NCBI GenBank assembly: GCA_030390025.1
Contig: CM059433.1
Span: 18,974,001 to 19,038,000, forward strand
From: Squalus acanthias
Lineage: Eukaryota
DNA: 64,000 nt
Reading direction: 5' to 3'
Shown here piece after piece: positions 12,901 to 23,124 of this stretch. The notes under the pieces are model-generated. The model was not told where the DNA came from. It saw only the letters and a list, made by a program, of their open reading frames with translations, and made no database searches. A program made the translations under genes and the position numbers. Position 1 is the stretch's first letter; each line of letters opens with the position of its first letter.

Positions 12901-13246
12901 GGCACTGCAGCAACTCGGCAAGGCTTCTTCTGCAGCACCTCCCAAACCCACGACCTCTACCACCTAGAAGGACAAGGGCAGCAGGCGCGTGGGAACACCA
13001 CCACCTCCACGTTCCCCTCCAAGTCACACCCAATCCTGACTGGGATGTATATCGCCGATCCTTCATCGTCGCTGGGTCAAAATCCTGGAACTCCCTCCCT
13101 AACAGCACTGTGGGAATACCTTCACCACATGGACTGCAGCGATTTAAGAAGGCAGCTCACCACCACCTTCTCAAGGGCAACTAGGGATGGGCAATAAATG
13201 CTGGCCTTGTCAGCAACGCCCGCATCCCATGAACGAATAAAAAAAA
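9906..13246 (+). mobile_element. Near full-length copy B of the tRNA-headed EN-RT LINE, with internal deletions, a CR1 insertion and an A-tail
   Basis: A and B boxes at 9916-9990. The EN frame starts KVLLTNIWGLVPKLGEL at 10340. RT motifs GVPQGSVLGPTIF, MFADD and WADKWQVTF. C-terminus SWNSLP. 3' end AATAAATGCTGGCC..GAATAAAAAAAA. Confidence 0.9.
12333..12633 (-). mobile_element. 5'-truncated CR1 3' end inserted into LINE copy B
   Basis: Reverse complement of the CR1 tail seen at 17150-17225 and 47595-47900. Flanked by TGTTA at 12328-12332 and 12634-12638 (possible TSD). The host LINE resumes after it. Confidence 0.85.
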
Positions 13247-13290
13247 GGTAAAACTGAAAATAGCAGCACAGAATTCTGTTGAAACATGTA

Positions 13291-13630
13291 CGGCGGTACA
13301 AAACACAGCAGGAGCCCAGGAGAGCGCGAGAGTTCGGCGGTACTAAACACAGCGGGAGCCCAGGAGAGAGCGAGAGTTCGACGGTACAAAACACAGCGGG
13401 AGCCCAGGAGAGCGCGAGAGTTCGGCGGTACTAAACACAGCGGGAGCCCAGGAGAGAGCGAGAGTTCGGCGGTACAAAACAGCAGGAGCCCGGGAGAGCG
13501 AGAGTTCGGCGGTACAAAACACAGCGGGAGCCCAGGAGAACGCGAGAGTTCGGCGGTACAAAACACAGCGGGAGCCCAGGAGAGCGCGAGAGTTCGGTGG
13601 TACTAAACACAGCGGGAGCCCAGGAGAGCG
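13291..13630 (+). repeat. Tandem array of about 7.8 x 44-bp CpG-rich units forming the 5' end of the CR1 element
   Basis: Unit CGGCGGTACWAAACACAGCGGGAGCCCAGGAGAGMGCGAGAGTT starting at 13291, 13335, 13379, 13423, 13467 (40 bp), 13507, 13551 and 13595 (partial). Confidence 0.9.
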
Positions 13631-13855
13631 GGGGCTACAACAGACCGGTGAGAGCGTAAAGAAGTAAAAAGTAATCGAAGTGTGATGTCACCAGAAAGCA
13701 GGTAAGTGATTGGTTGGTGAGTATTTCTATATTTCTCGCTTTTTTTTTTTCAAACTTGGGCTTCTAAATTTAAGTGCCTTGGTGCAGATTAAAAGATATA
13801 CGTGTTCCAAATTTTAAAATGAATTAATTAATTAATTGAGTAGGGAGACCAGGCA

Positions 13856-14799
13856 ATGTGTTGTTGTTGTTGCATGTGTGAGCTGGTGGACACCATTGAG
13901 GTCCAAGGCGACCACATCTGCAGCAAATGTTGGCTGCTCGAGGAACTTCGGCTCAGAGTTGATGAGCTGGAGTCCGAGATTCAGACACTGCGACACATTA
14001 GGGAGGGGGAGCGTTACCTGGACACTAAGTTCCAGGAGGCAGTCACACCCACTAGGGTATTTACTTCCAATTTGGCCCATGGTCAGGGACAGGAGGGTGT
14101 GACTACAAGCGAGGCAGGTATTGGGATCCAGGAGTTAGTGATGGAGGAGCCTCTGCCCTTGGCCTTGTCCAACAAGTACGAGATTCTTGCTCCCTGTGTG
14201 GGCGAGGGCAGGGACTGCAGGGAGGAGGAGCAATCTGACCACAGCACCGTGGTACAAGGAGCCATTCAAGTGAGGGGAGTAAAAAGAAATGTTGTAGTGA
14301 TAGGGAATAGTATAGTTAGGGGGATAGACACTGTTCTCTGCAGCCGAGAGCGTGAGTCCCGAAGGCTGTGTTGCCTGCCCGGTGCCAGGGTTAAGGACAT
14401 CTCCTCTGGGCTGGAGAGAAACTTGGAGTGGGAGGGGGAGGATCCAGTTGTCATGGTCCACGTAGGCACCAATGACATAGGTAGGACAAAGAAAGAGGTT
14501 CTGCTGAGAGAGAGTATGAGCAGCTAGGGGCTAAATTAAAAAGCAGAACCACAAAGGTAATAATCTCTGGATTACTACCTGAGCCACGAGCGAATTTGCA
14601 TAAGGTAAATAAGATCAGAGAAATGAACGAGTGGCTCAAAGACTGGTGTGGGAGAAATGGGTTTCGACTTGTGGGGCACTGGCACCAGTACTGGGATAAG
14701 AGGGAGCTGTTCCGTTTGGACGGGCTTCACTTGAACCATGCTGGGGCTAGAGTCCTGGCGAATCGAATAACTAGGGCTGTAGAGAGGGCTTTAAACTAA
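13856..14799 (+). pseudogene. CR1 ORF1 (Cys-rich zinc finger/leucine zipper plus SGNH esterase domain), frameshifted near 14510
   Basis: CxxC..HICSKC..LEELRLRVDELESEIQTL; VIGNSIVRG, CLPGARV, VHVGTNDIG, DGLHLN. Confidence 0.85.
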
Positions 14800-14984
14800 A
14801 TAGTGAGGGGGAGGATCCAGGTGAGCGGGAATTTAAAAGGTCAATGAGAAATGAGAAAGCAATAGAGCAATGTAGAGATGGGGGAAATAATAACCAGAGT
14901 GTGACAGGAAGGGACAGAATGTTTAAAAATAAGAGTGCAACAGAAAATGGGGCCAAAACAAGGAGAAATATTAAAAGACAAAGT

Positions 14985-17090
14985 TAAAAGCTCTATATCT
15001 GAATGCACGCAGCATTCGTAACAAGATAGATGAGTTGACGGCACAAATAGATACAAATGGGTATGATCTGATCGCCATTACAGAGACGTGGTTGCAAGGT
15101 GATCAGGGCTGGGAACTGAATATTCCAGGGTATTTGACAATTTGGAAAGGATAGACAGAAAGGAAAGGGAGGTGGGGTGACTTTGTTGGTAAAGGATGGG
15201 ATCAGTGCAGTGGTGAGAAGTGATATTGGCTCAGAAGATCAAGATGTAGAATCGGTTTGGGTGGAGATAAAAATTAATAAAGGGAAAAAGTCTCTGGTGG
15301 GCGTAGTCTACAGGCCCCCAAACAGTAGCAATACTGTTGGACAGAGTATAAATCAACAAATAATGGAGGCCTATAAAAAAGGTACGGTAATAATCATGGG
15401 TGATTTTAATCTCCATATTGATTGGACAAATCAAATTGGCCATGGTAGCCTTGAGGAGGAGTTCATAGAGTGTATCCGGGATGGTTTCCTAGAACAGTAT
15501 GTAATGGAACCAACCAGGGAGCAGGCTATCTGGGACTGTGTAATGAGACAGAATTAATAAATGATCTCATAGTAAAGGATCCTCTAGGAAAGAGTGATCA
15601 TAGCATGGTTGAATTTCAAATTCAGTTGGAGGGTGAGAAAGTTGTATCTCAAACCAGTGTCCTGATCTTAAACAAAGGCAATTACAATGGCATGAGGGCA
15701 GAACTGGCTAAAGTGGACTGGAAAAATAAATTAAAGGGCAAGACAGTTGAAATGCAGTGACGGACATTTAAGGAGATATTTCATAACTCTCAACAAAAAA
15801 AAAATCTTTCTTTCGCACAAGAATATATTTTAGAGAAGGGAGCACCATCCGTGGCTAACTAAGGAAGTAAAGGATGGTATCAAATTGAAAATGAAGGCAT
15901 ACAATGTTGCCAAGATTGGTGGGAGACCAGAGGATTGGGAAACTTTTAAAAACCAGCAAAGGATAACTAAAAAGAGAGATGATCAATTATGAGAGTAAAC
16001 TGGCAAGAAACATTAAAACAGATAGTAAGAGCTTCTACAGGTATATAAAAAGGAAGAGGGGAGCTAAAGTAAACGTTGGTCCCTTAGAGGATGAGACTGG
16101 GTAATTAATAATGGGGAACAGGGAAACAGCAGAGACTCTGAACAAATATTTTGTATCTGTCTTCACGGTAGAAGACACTAACAACATCCCAATAATGGAT
16201 AATCAAGGGGCCACAGGGAGGGGGGAACTAAAGACAATCACGAAGGAAATAGTACTTGGTAAAATGGGACTAAAAGATGACAAGTCCCCTGGACCAGATG
16301 GCCTGCATCCCAGGGTCTTAAAAGAAGTGGCTGCAGAGATAGTGGATGCATTGGTTGCAATATACCAAAATTCCCTGGACTCTGGAGAGGTCCCAGCGGA
16401 TTGGAAAACCACAAATGTAACACCCCTATTTAAGAAAGGAGGGAGATAGAAAGCAGGAAACTATAGACCAGTTAGCCTAACATCTGTCGTTGGGAAAATG
16501 CTGGAGTCCTTCATTAAGGAAGCAGTAGCAGGGCATTTGGAAAATCATAATGCAGTCAAGCAGAGTCAGCATGGTTTTATGAAAAGGAAATCATGTTTAA
16601 CAAATTTGCTGGAGTTCTTTGAGGAGGTAACGAGCAGGGTGGACAAAGGTGAACCAGTGGATGTGATGTATTTGGATTTCCAGAAGGCATTCGATAAGGT
16701 GCCACATAAAAGGTTACTGCATAAGATAAGAGCTCACGGAATTGGGGGTAATATATTAGCACGGATAGAAAATTGGCTAACTAACAGAAAGCAGAGAGTT
16801 GGGATAAATGGGTCATTTTCCGGTTGGCAAAAGGTAACTAGTGGGGTGCCACAGGGATCGGTGCTCGGGCCTCAACTATTTACAATCTACATTAATGACT
16901 TGGATGAAGGGACCGAGTGTAATGTAGCCAAGTTTGCGGATGATACAAAGACGGGTGGGAAAGCAAGTTGTGCAGAGGGCTCAAAGAACCTGCAAAGGGA
17001 TATAAACAGGCTAAGTGAGTGGGCAAACATTTGGCAGATGGAGTATAATGTGGGAAAGTGCGAGGTTATACACTTTGGCAGGAAAAATAA
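14985..17090 (+). pseudogene. CR1 ORF2 (APE endonuclease plus reverse transcriptase), disrupted and C-terminally deleted
   Basis: YLNARSI, GVVYRPP, IMGDFN, SDH, KSPGPDGLHPRVLKE, QHGF, YLDFQKAFDKVPH, GVPQGSVLGP, KFADD. After HFGRKN the sequence jumps to the 3' tail. Confidence 0.9.
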
Positions 17091-17249
17091 AGATAAGGGA
17101 GTGAAGAGTTATGGGGAGCGAGCGGGGAAGTGGCTTTGAGCCCAAGATCAGCCATGATCTAATTGAATGGCGGAGCAGGCTCGAGGGGCCAAGTGGCCTA
17201 TTCCTGCTCTTATTTCTTATGTTATGTACATTTCATTGTGAAGATTATA

Positions 17250-18081
17250 TTTTTTGCATTAATTCATGGGATGTGGGCATTGCTGGCAACGCCAGCATTT
17301 ATTGCCCATCCCTAATTGCCCTCAAGAAGGTGGTGGTGGATAGCCACCTTTTTGAACCGCTGCAGTCCGTGAAGTGAAGGCACTCCCACAGTGCTATTAG
17401 GGAGAGAGTTCCAGGATTTTCATTACATCAGAAAGAGTAGGATGAAGGAACGCTGATATATTTCCAAGTCAGGATGGTGTGCGACTTGGCGGGGAACTTG
17501 CAAGCGGTGGCGTTCCCATGCACCTCCTGCCCTTGTCCTTCTAGGTGGTAGAGGTCGCGGGTTTGGGAGGTGCTTTCGAAGAAGCCTTGGCGAGTTGCTG
17601 CTGTGCATCTTGCAGATGGTACACACTGCAGCACCGGTGAGGGCAATCAAGCGGGCTGCTGTATCCTGGATGGTGTCGAGCTTCGAGTGTTGCTGGAGCT
17701 GCACTCATCCAGGCAAGCGGAGAGTATTCCATCACACTCCTGACTCGTGCCTTGTAGATGGTGGAAAGGCTTTTAGGAGTAAGGAGGTGATTCACTCGTC
17801 ACAGAATACTCAGCCTCTGACCTGCTATTGTAGCCACAGTGTGCGTGTGGCTGGTCCAATTAAGTTTCTGGTCAATGGTGACTCCCCAGGATGTTGATGG
17901 TGGGGGATTCAGCGATGGTAATCCCGTTGAATGTCAAGAGGAGGTGGCTAGACTCTCTTGTTGGAGATGGTCATTATCTGTCACTTGTGACACGCAAATG
18001 TTACTTACCAATTATCAGCCCAAGCCTGAATGTTGTCCACGTCTTGCTGCATGTGGACACGGACTGAGGAGTTGCGAATGG
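17250..18081 (-). mobile_element. 5'-truncated copy C of the tRNA-headed LINE family
   Basis: Reverse complement of about 12073-13246 without the CR1 insert; LLTPKSLSTIYKARVRSVMEYSPLAW. Confidence 0.9.
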
Positions 18082-18336
18082 ACCCATTAAAATTTGAGAA
18101 TTGATGATTGTTTTGGCCACACCACCACTGATCATTCACTTTGCTAGATAAACCTGTACGGAGACGTGCAGCAGGTATCCGGATATAACTTTTGCAGGAA
18201 ACTTGGCTTTATTAGTCGTGTCCCTCTATATTCAGATCGGATGATCAATTAATGTGTCAGGACTGCTATGCAAACCAATTAGTTCTTCCCTCCAACTTCA
18301 CCCTGCCCAGGTAATGTTCACCATCTTTCGGGTCCT
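18082..18336 (-). pseudogene. Decayed 28S rRNA fragment (about 255 bp)
   Basis: Minus strand AGGACCCGAAAGATGGTGAAC..CCTGGGCAGGGTGAAG..GTCCTGAC..GACTAAT..TTTATCTAGCAAAGTGAATGATCAG..ATTCTCAAATTTTAATGGGT follows the conserved eukaryotic LSU sequence GACCCGAAAGATGGTGAACTATGCCTGGGCAGGGCGAAG...GTAAAGCGAATGATTAG...TATTCTCAAACTTTAAATGGGT. Confidence 0.85.
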
Positions 18337-19459
18337 CTTGCATATTGTATCACAAATACAAAAAAAATTACTACCCCTGCTGAAATTTATTCTATTAAAA
18401 TGGAATGCTTAAATCTGATTTTTCCATAAAATACAGGATTTCAAATTGGGAACCCAAAAAAGGGAACTGCGGGATTAGGTGTATTTACTTTGTGAAATGA
18501 ACACAGGACTTGGATTTCGTCACTTCAGGAATACTTGCATGTTTCATCACTTTTCTATTACAGTGCAAAACAGCAATAAGTTGAAGATCATGAATATGTG
18601 CTCAAGATTATGGTATCTCCAATATGACAAGTAATACTCAACTGTATTGGTAATACACTGCAGGTCCATCGACATACAAAAAAAGGTATGTTAACATTTT
18701 AGTCTATATGTCCTTTGTCAGAACTTAAAATGTTACCATATGTTTACTTTTTTAGATGCTGTACTACTAGCATTTTCTGCTTTTATTTCAGATTTCCATC
18801 ATTTGCAGTTTTTTCTTTCAAACATTTTGTTGCGTTTGCTACGTACAAGCTAATTTTTGCACCAACACATCATCTGCTTAGGCATGTTATGCTATATGAT
18901 TGCATCCCCAGTTTAAAAATATAATTGACCTGTTCTATGGTTCACGATGTATGTATTTTTTAAGCTGCTAATAAGAAAAAGGGGCACCCATGTAAATAGT
19001 TATTTCAACACAAGCTCATGTTTTAAGTAGTAAAAAGCAAAATGATTCCCATTATGGTCATGAGCGGATGCCTTGAGGTACATCAGGTTTTGACACTTTT
19101 ACCTGAGCTAATCGTAACAAAACACTAGAGGTATGTGCACTACATGGGAGAATGAGCCAACTGTTGCAGGTTTGAGCTCACTAATTGCATGGTAAATAGC
19201 ATAACTAGCTCAGCAACATTACTGCTGGTTCCTCAATTGTAAAACATCCAAGGCACAGCAAGTGCATCAAGTAACATTCCTGGAGTCTGTCAGTGGGCTA
19301 AATAAAACGCTGACAGAACAATTAACTCTCACTTAACATACACACAGTGCACAAAAAGAAAATTAATTTCCCAGTATTTAGGATTAGGCACTCACCCAAA
19401 TGTTGCTAGTGAAAAGGGCTTACTTTAAATATTCTCCTAATGATAAAGCTGGGATGCGG

Positions 19460-19690
19460 AAGAGAGGAAAAAAAGGTAGTGAGCGGGGGAGGGGGGAAAC
19501 CAGAGAGCGAGGGGGAGAGAGATGGGGAGAAAGGGAGAGAGAGATGGGGAGAAAGGGAGAGAGAGATGGGGAGAAAGGGAGAGAGAGATGGGGAGAGAAA
19601 GGGAGAGAGTGGAAGAGGGGGAGAGAGAAAGGGAGAGAGAGAAAGGGAGAGAAAGAGGGAGAGAGGAAGTGAGAAGTGAGAGAGAGAAAA
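19460..19690 (+). repeat. Polypurine GA-rich tract with a ~22-bp unit GAGAGAGATGGGGAGAAAGGGA
   Basis: Directly visible; almost no pyrimidines on the plus strand. Confidence 0.9.
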
Positions 19691-20029
19691 ACCATGGTTT
19701 CTTAATACAATATTGTAAGATTAATGGATCAAATCGCATTTCAATGTTTTGAAGCAGACAGTGCTTGTTAATACAGTGCAAAGTTCATTTAATGCAAAAC
19801 CACTGCAATTTACTATTCAACATGAAAATAATCTGACATACTCCTAAATACCCTTATGAACAGAGGAGGGTGCAAGGATTTGAGTTATTAATTTTTCAGG
19901 TGTCTACATGCAGGGTAATGCCTTCAAAAAAATTTCAACACTTTGCAATATACTGTACCATGTTTCACTGATATTTAAACAGATCTACAGTATATTAATC
20001 TCAGCTTTATCAATAAATCTATTAAATTA

Positions 20030-20158
20030 CAAAAGCAAAATACTGCGGATGCTGGAAATCTGAAATAAAAACAGAAAATGCTGGAAAAACTCAGGTCAGG
20101 CAGCATCTGTAGAGAGTAAAACAGAGTTAACGTTTCAGGTCGATGACCTTTCGTCAGA
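20030..20158 (-). mobile_element. Short Penelope-derived pLTR-type repeat with an intact hammerhead core
   Basis: Minus strand CTGACGA-AAGGTCATCGACCT-GAAA-CGTT-AACTC followed by the family tail. Related copies lie near 18715-18810, 29447-29620, 32914-33002, 36300-36450, 43392-43500, 45125-45197 and 63940-64000. Confidence 0.75.
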
Positions 20159-20289
20159 CCTATATGCTGTCAAAGGACTTTGAAATACTAGGATGAAGAC
20201 AAAATAACTTCAGTGGAGCACTAAAGCATCTATGCATTTTTTGGGTAATTCATATATGACTACTATGACTGAAAAGTGCTGTTACTAAC

Positions 20290-20413
20290 TTGTCTTTCAT
20301 TTCAAAGCGTCCATGTAACCACCTCTTCAGGAAAATAGCTTCCTCTGGAACTTCTTTCACATCTACACGCTCAAAGAAAATGTGTATCCTTGGACACTCC
20401 CTACACAAGAATT
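20290..20413 (-). CDS. AGPAT5: AGPAT5 penultimate coding exon (exon 7), 124 bp
   Basis: cacag|AATTCTTGTGT...GACAA|gttagt translates (E)FLCRECPRIHIFFERVDVKEVPEEAIFLKRWLHGRFEMKD(K), the acyltransferase C-terminal domain motif (W-L-x-x-R-F-x-x-K-D). Joins both neighbouring exons in frame. Confidence 0.95.
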
Positions 20414-21420
20414 CTGTGAATCAAAGAAACAATTAACTGCAGATGTCAGACAAGGAAAGGCGTTAATATAGTTGCTAATTGTGCCAGTGTTAAGAAAATA
20501 CAATTTTTCAAAATAACTGCCCTAAAGAAAGTGCAGGTGGTTCAGAAGAACTGTGAAAGGAATGTTTGTCTTCAATTTCTCACTCGGTTGGTTTCTTTTT
20601 GGAGTCGATTCTTCATATATGTTCCAATATACTCAAACAAAGCAAAAGGCAATTAAGTGTAAAACACATGCTCACTACTGTCATCTAATCAGCTTGCACT
20701 TATTGTAAATGATAGGGAGAACAAGAACATTTCAGCTTCATGGCTCTTAAAATCCAAACATACTGAAACAAATAGAAGGAAAAAAATGTACAGGAACACC
20801 AGCTGTATTATTTAACTTGACATGTGATCCAGCAATGGGCGAGACATATTCCCCCTCCCCTACCCAAGATTTTTAAATATTGATAGTTCAACGCACATCA
20901 CCACTGTCACGGAGTAGAACTGCAACAACAGCTCCAGAGGTCTTTGCTACTGACTTCTCTCCTAGAGTCCTCTGACTATCCCAGACATAAAGCAAGTCTT
21001 CATGATCTGAAAACTATCGTGTCCGACATACAAACTACCTGTTCAGAAACTCCACTCATTAGGATGACATTACACAACATAGCCATAAAAATAATTGCAA
21101 CAAAAAGCACTGAAAGAAGCCATTTTACATCATCTCAATTTAATTCCCATTCCTTTTCACAGGTTCATTCCATTTTGAAGCAATGAAGTACTACCATTTT
21201 ACCATGACAACTTAAAAGTATGACTCAATCGATCTATATATCTACACAAAATGTGCTAACAACCCAGAAAGGCACTTGTATGGAAATGTATTTATACCGT
21301 GAAGCCTGCGGATTAAGGGTTTGTATCACAGATGGTATACAAAAAACTCAGTATGTAAGTGGAGAGACTGCAATGCAGCACTCCCAGTCGGCAGCAGCGT
21401 TCACATGGAGCATGTCTAGG

Positions 21421-21502
21421 GAAATGGCAGGCGTGCAGCCCACGGTTTACCGTCCATTGAAATGAATGGATGAAAAATCATGGGCTATGTGCCTGCTATT
21501 TC
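21421..21502. repeat. Degenerate palindrome (38-bp arms), MITE-like
   Basis: Arms 21421-21458 and 21465-21502 match at 28/38 positions around the loop GAAATG; most mismatches are transitions. Confidence 0.6.
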
Positions 21503-23124
21503 CGGGCAATGCCAGATCACAAAATCACCCCTATAATAGAAACACCACATATACTGAAACACCACATTTGTATACTTTGGATGGCAGTGGTTCTAATTTT
21601 TCATGCATATTCATTGGTCTTCTGGGTTCTGTTTCCTGTAGTTTAATGAGGCAAGCCAGATTCATTGCCTCTTTGAGAATTGGCATTGCAACAATCACTT
21701 AAAACTGCAGTAAATGAGCATGCAAAAAGAAAAAAATGCCAAATAACAAATTTTACTGCAACGGATTTTAAGCATTTCTCAAAGAATCTTGCGCAGTGGG
21801 AATATTGTAAAGTTAAAATGGATGACTTCCTTTATTATTGTCAATCTTATAGCAAGCAAATGGATAGTAAAATTGAGACCCCCAAACTTGCTTGGAATAA
21901 ACAGAGTGCAGTTTGGGGGTGGATATTTAGAAAGAAATACTTGCACATGATCTGGAACTCAAAAGTCACTCTCTCGTGTAGTACTTGTGCCATTTGACTA
22001 CACATTTATCACACACTGCTATCTTAATATATTGTTACAATTTGATGGGTAGTTAACAAGGCAGTTAAAGCCATATTGGAAACCACAGCAATTTGCAATT
22101 TCTGTTACAGAATGTGACACAAGTGATGATGAGAAATGAAGCGAGGGGAAAGAATGGGAGAAGCAAAAAAACCCAGCAAGATAACAAAGTGTGTCATGGA
22201 TTCATGAATACAGGTTTGCAAGTGAGTTGAACCAACAGAGTTGTGTGCTTGTCTTACTACAGTATTAATTTGCACCACTTTTTGGATGATTAACTTAACC
22301 CAATTGATATGGTTAAGACAACTCCCTTATATGGATATGCAGTTTCTCCCAGATGTTCAACTTTTTTTTTACCGTGACACACGACCCACTTAAGCGGCAC
22401 ATGGAATATCAGCAGTGATTTGCTACAGTTTAAGTGAAATGAGCGTCCTCCGCGGTTGTAAGAATTCTGCAGTTTGTCAGCTTTGGCCAGAGAGTGAAGG
22501 AAAACGGACCTAGACTTTCTAATGCCATTTGGCAGAGTTCAAGTTGGGAGGTGGGAGAGTGATTCTTGGAAACCAGAAGACAAAACAAAAATCTGCCAGA
22601 CTCGCATTGGAATCCTGGCTTGTTGCAAGGATGACTGCAGTTTGCAGATGAAAAAAAAGTTTCTCAGTTCTGAAAGCATGAGGACCATCACACTTTTCCT
22701 CTTCCTCAGATCTCCCCGATACCCAATTAGAAATGCGTAGATATGCAGACATCACAGGCTGAGAAAGGCTACCACTTATGCACTTTGCAAATTTTCTGGG
22801 CATTATGCTGGACTGAATGGGATAATTTGGTACACATCCTCGAGGTCTACGGACGCACCTGAATATTCTGCTTTGGCATTATCCTCTCATGACTAGTTCA
22901 AAAGCCTTTAGGGAAGCAAAAAGCAACAAGAATTACTAAACAATTAACTACCCCCTTAATCAGCAATATATAACTATTTGATAAGTTTCATTATAAATTT
23001 ACTTCATCAATTTATATTAAAGCATTAAATTGATCTATTTGAAAATTATAAATTGCAGACTATCCAAAAGACATTGGGTCTGAACAATTAGTTGATAAAA
23101 TTGATAAAAACTTCTGACAATTTC

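Larger units (their letters stand above)
13291..17225 (+). mobile_element. Near full-length CR1 LINE (5' repeats, ORF1, ORF2 with internal deletion, 3' tail)
   Basis: ORF1 and ORF2 remnants listed below. 3' tail GATCAGCCATGATCT..GGCCTATTCCTGCTC..TTCTTATGTTATG. Possible 6-bp TSD ATGTAC at 13286-13291 and 17224-17229. Confidence 0.9.

Noticed and set aside
13291..13630. CRISPR-like array
   Set aside because: The units are contiguous tandem copies without unique spacers, there are no cas genes, the context is vertebrate, and the array forms the 5' end of a CR1.
18082..18336. Functional rRNA locus
   Set aside because: Short, heavily substituted and isolated; recorded as a pseudogene fragment.
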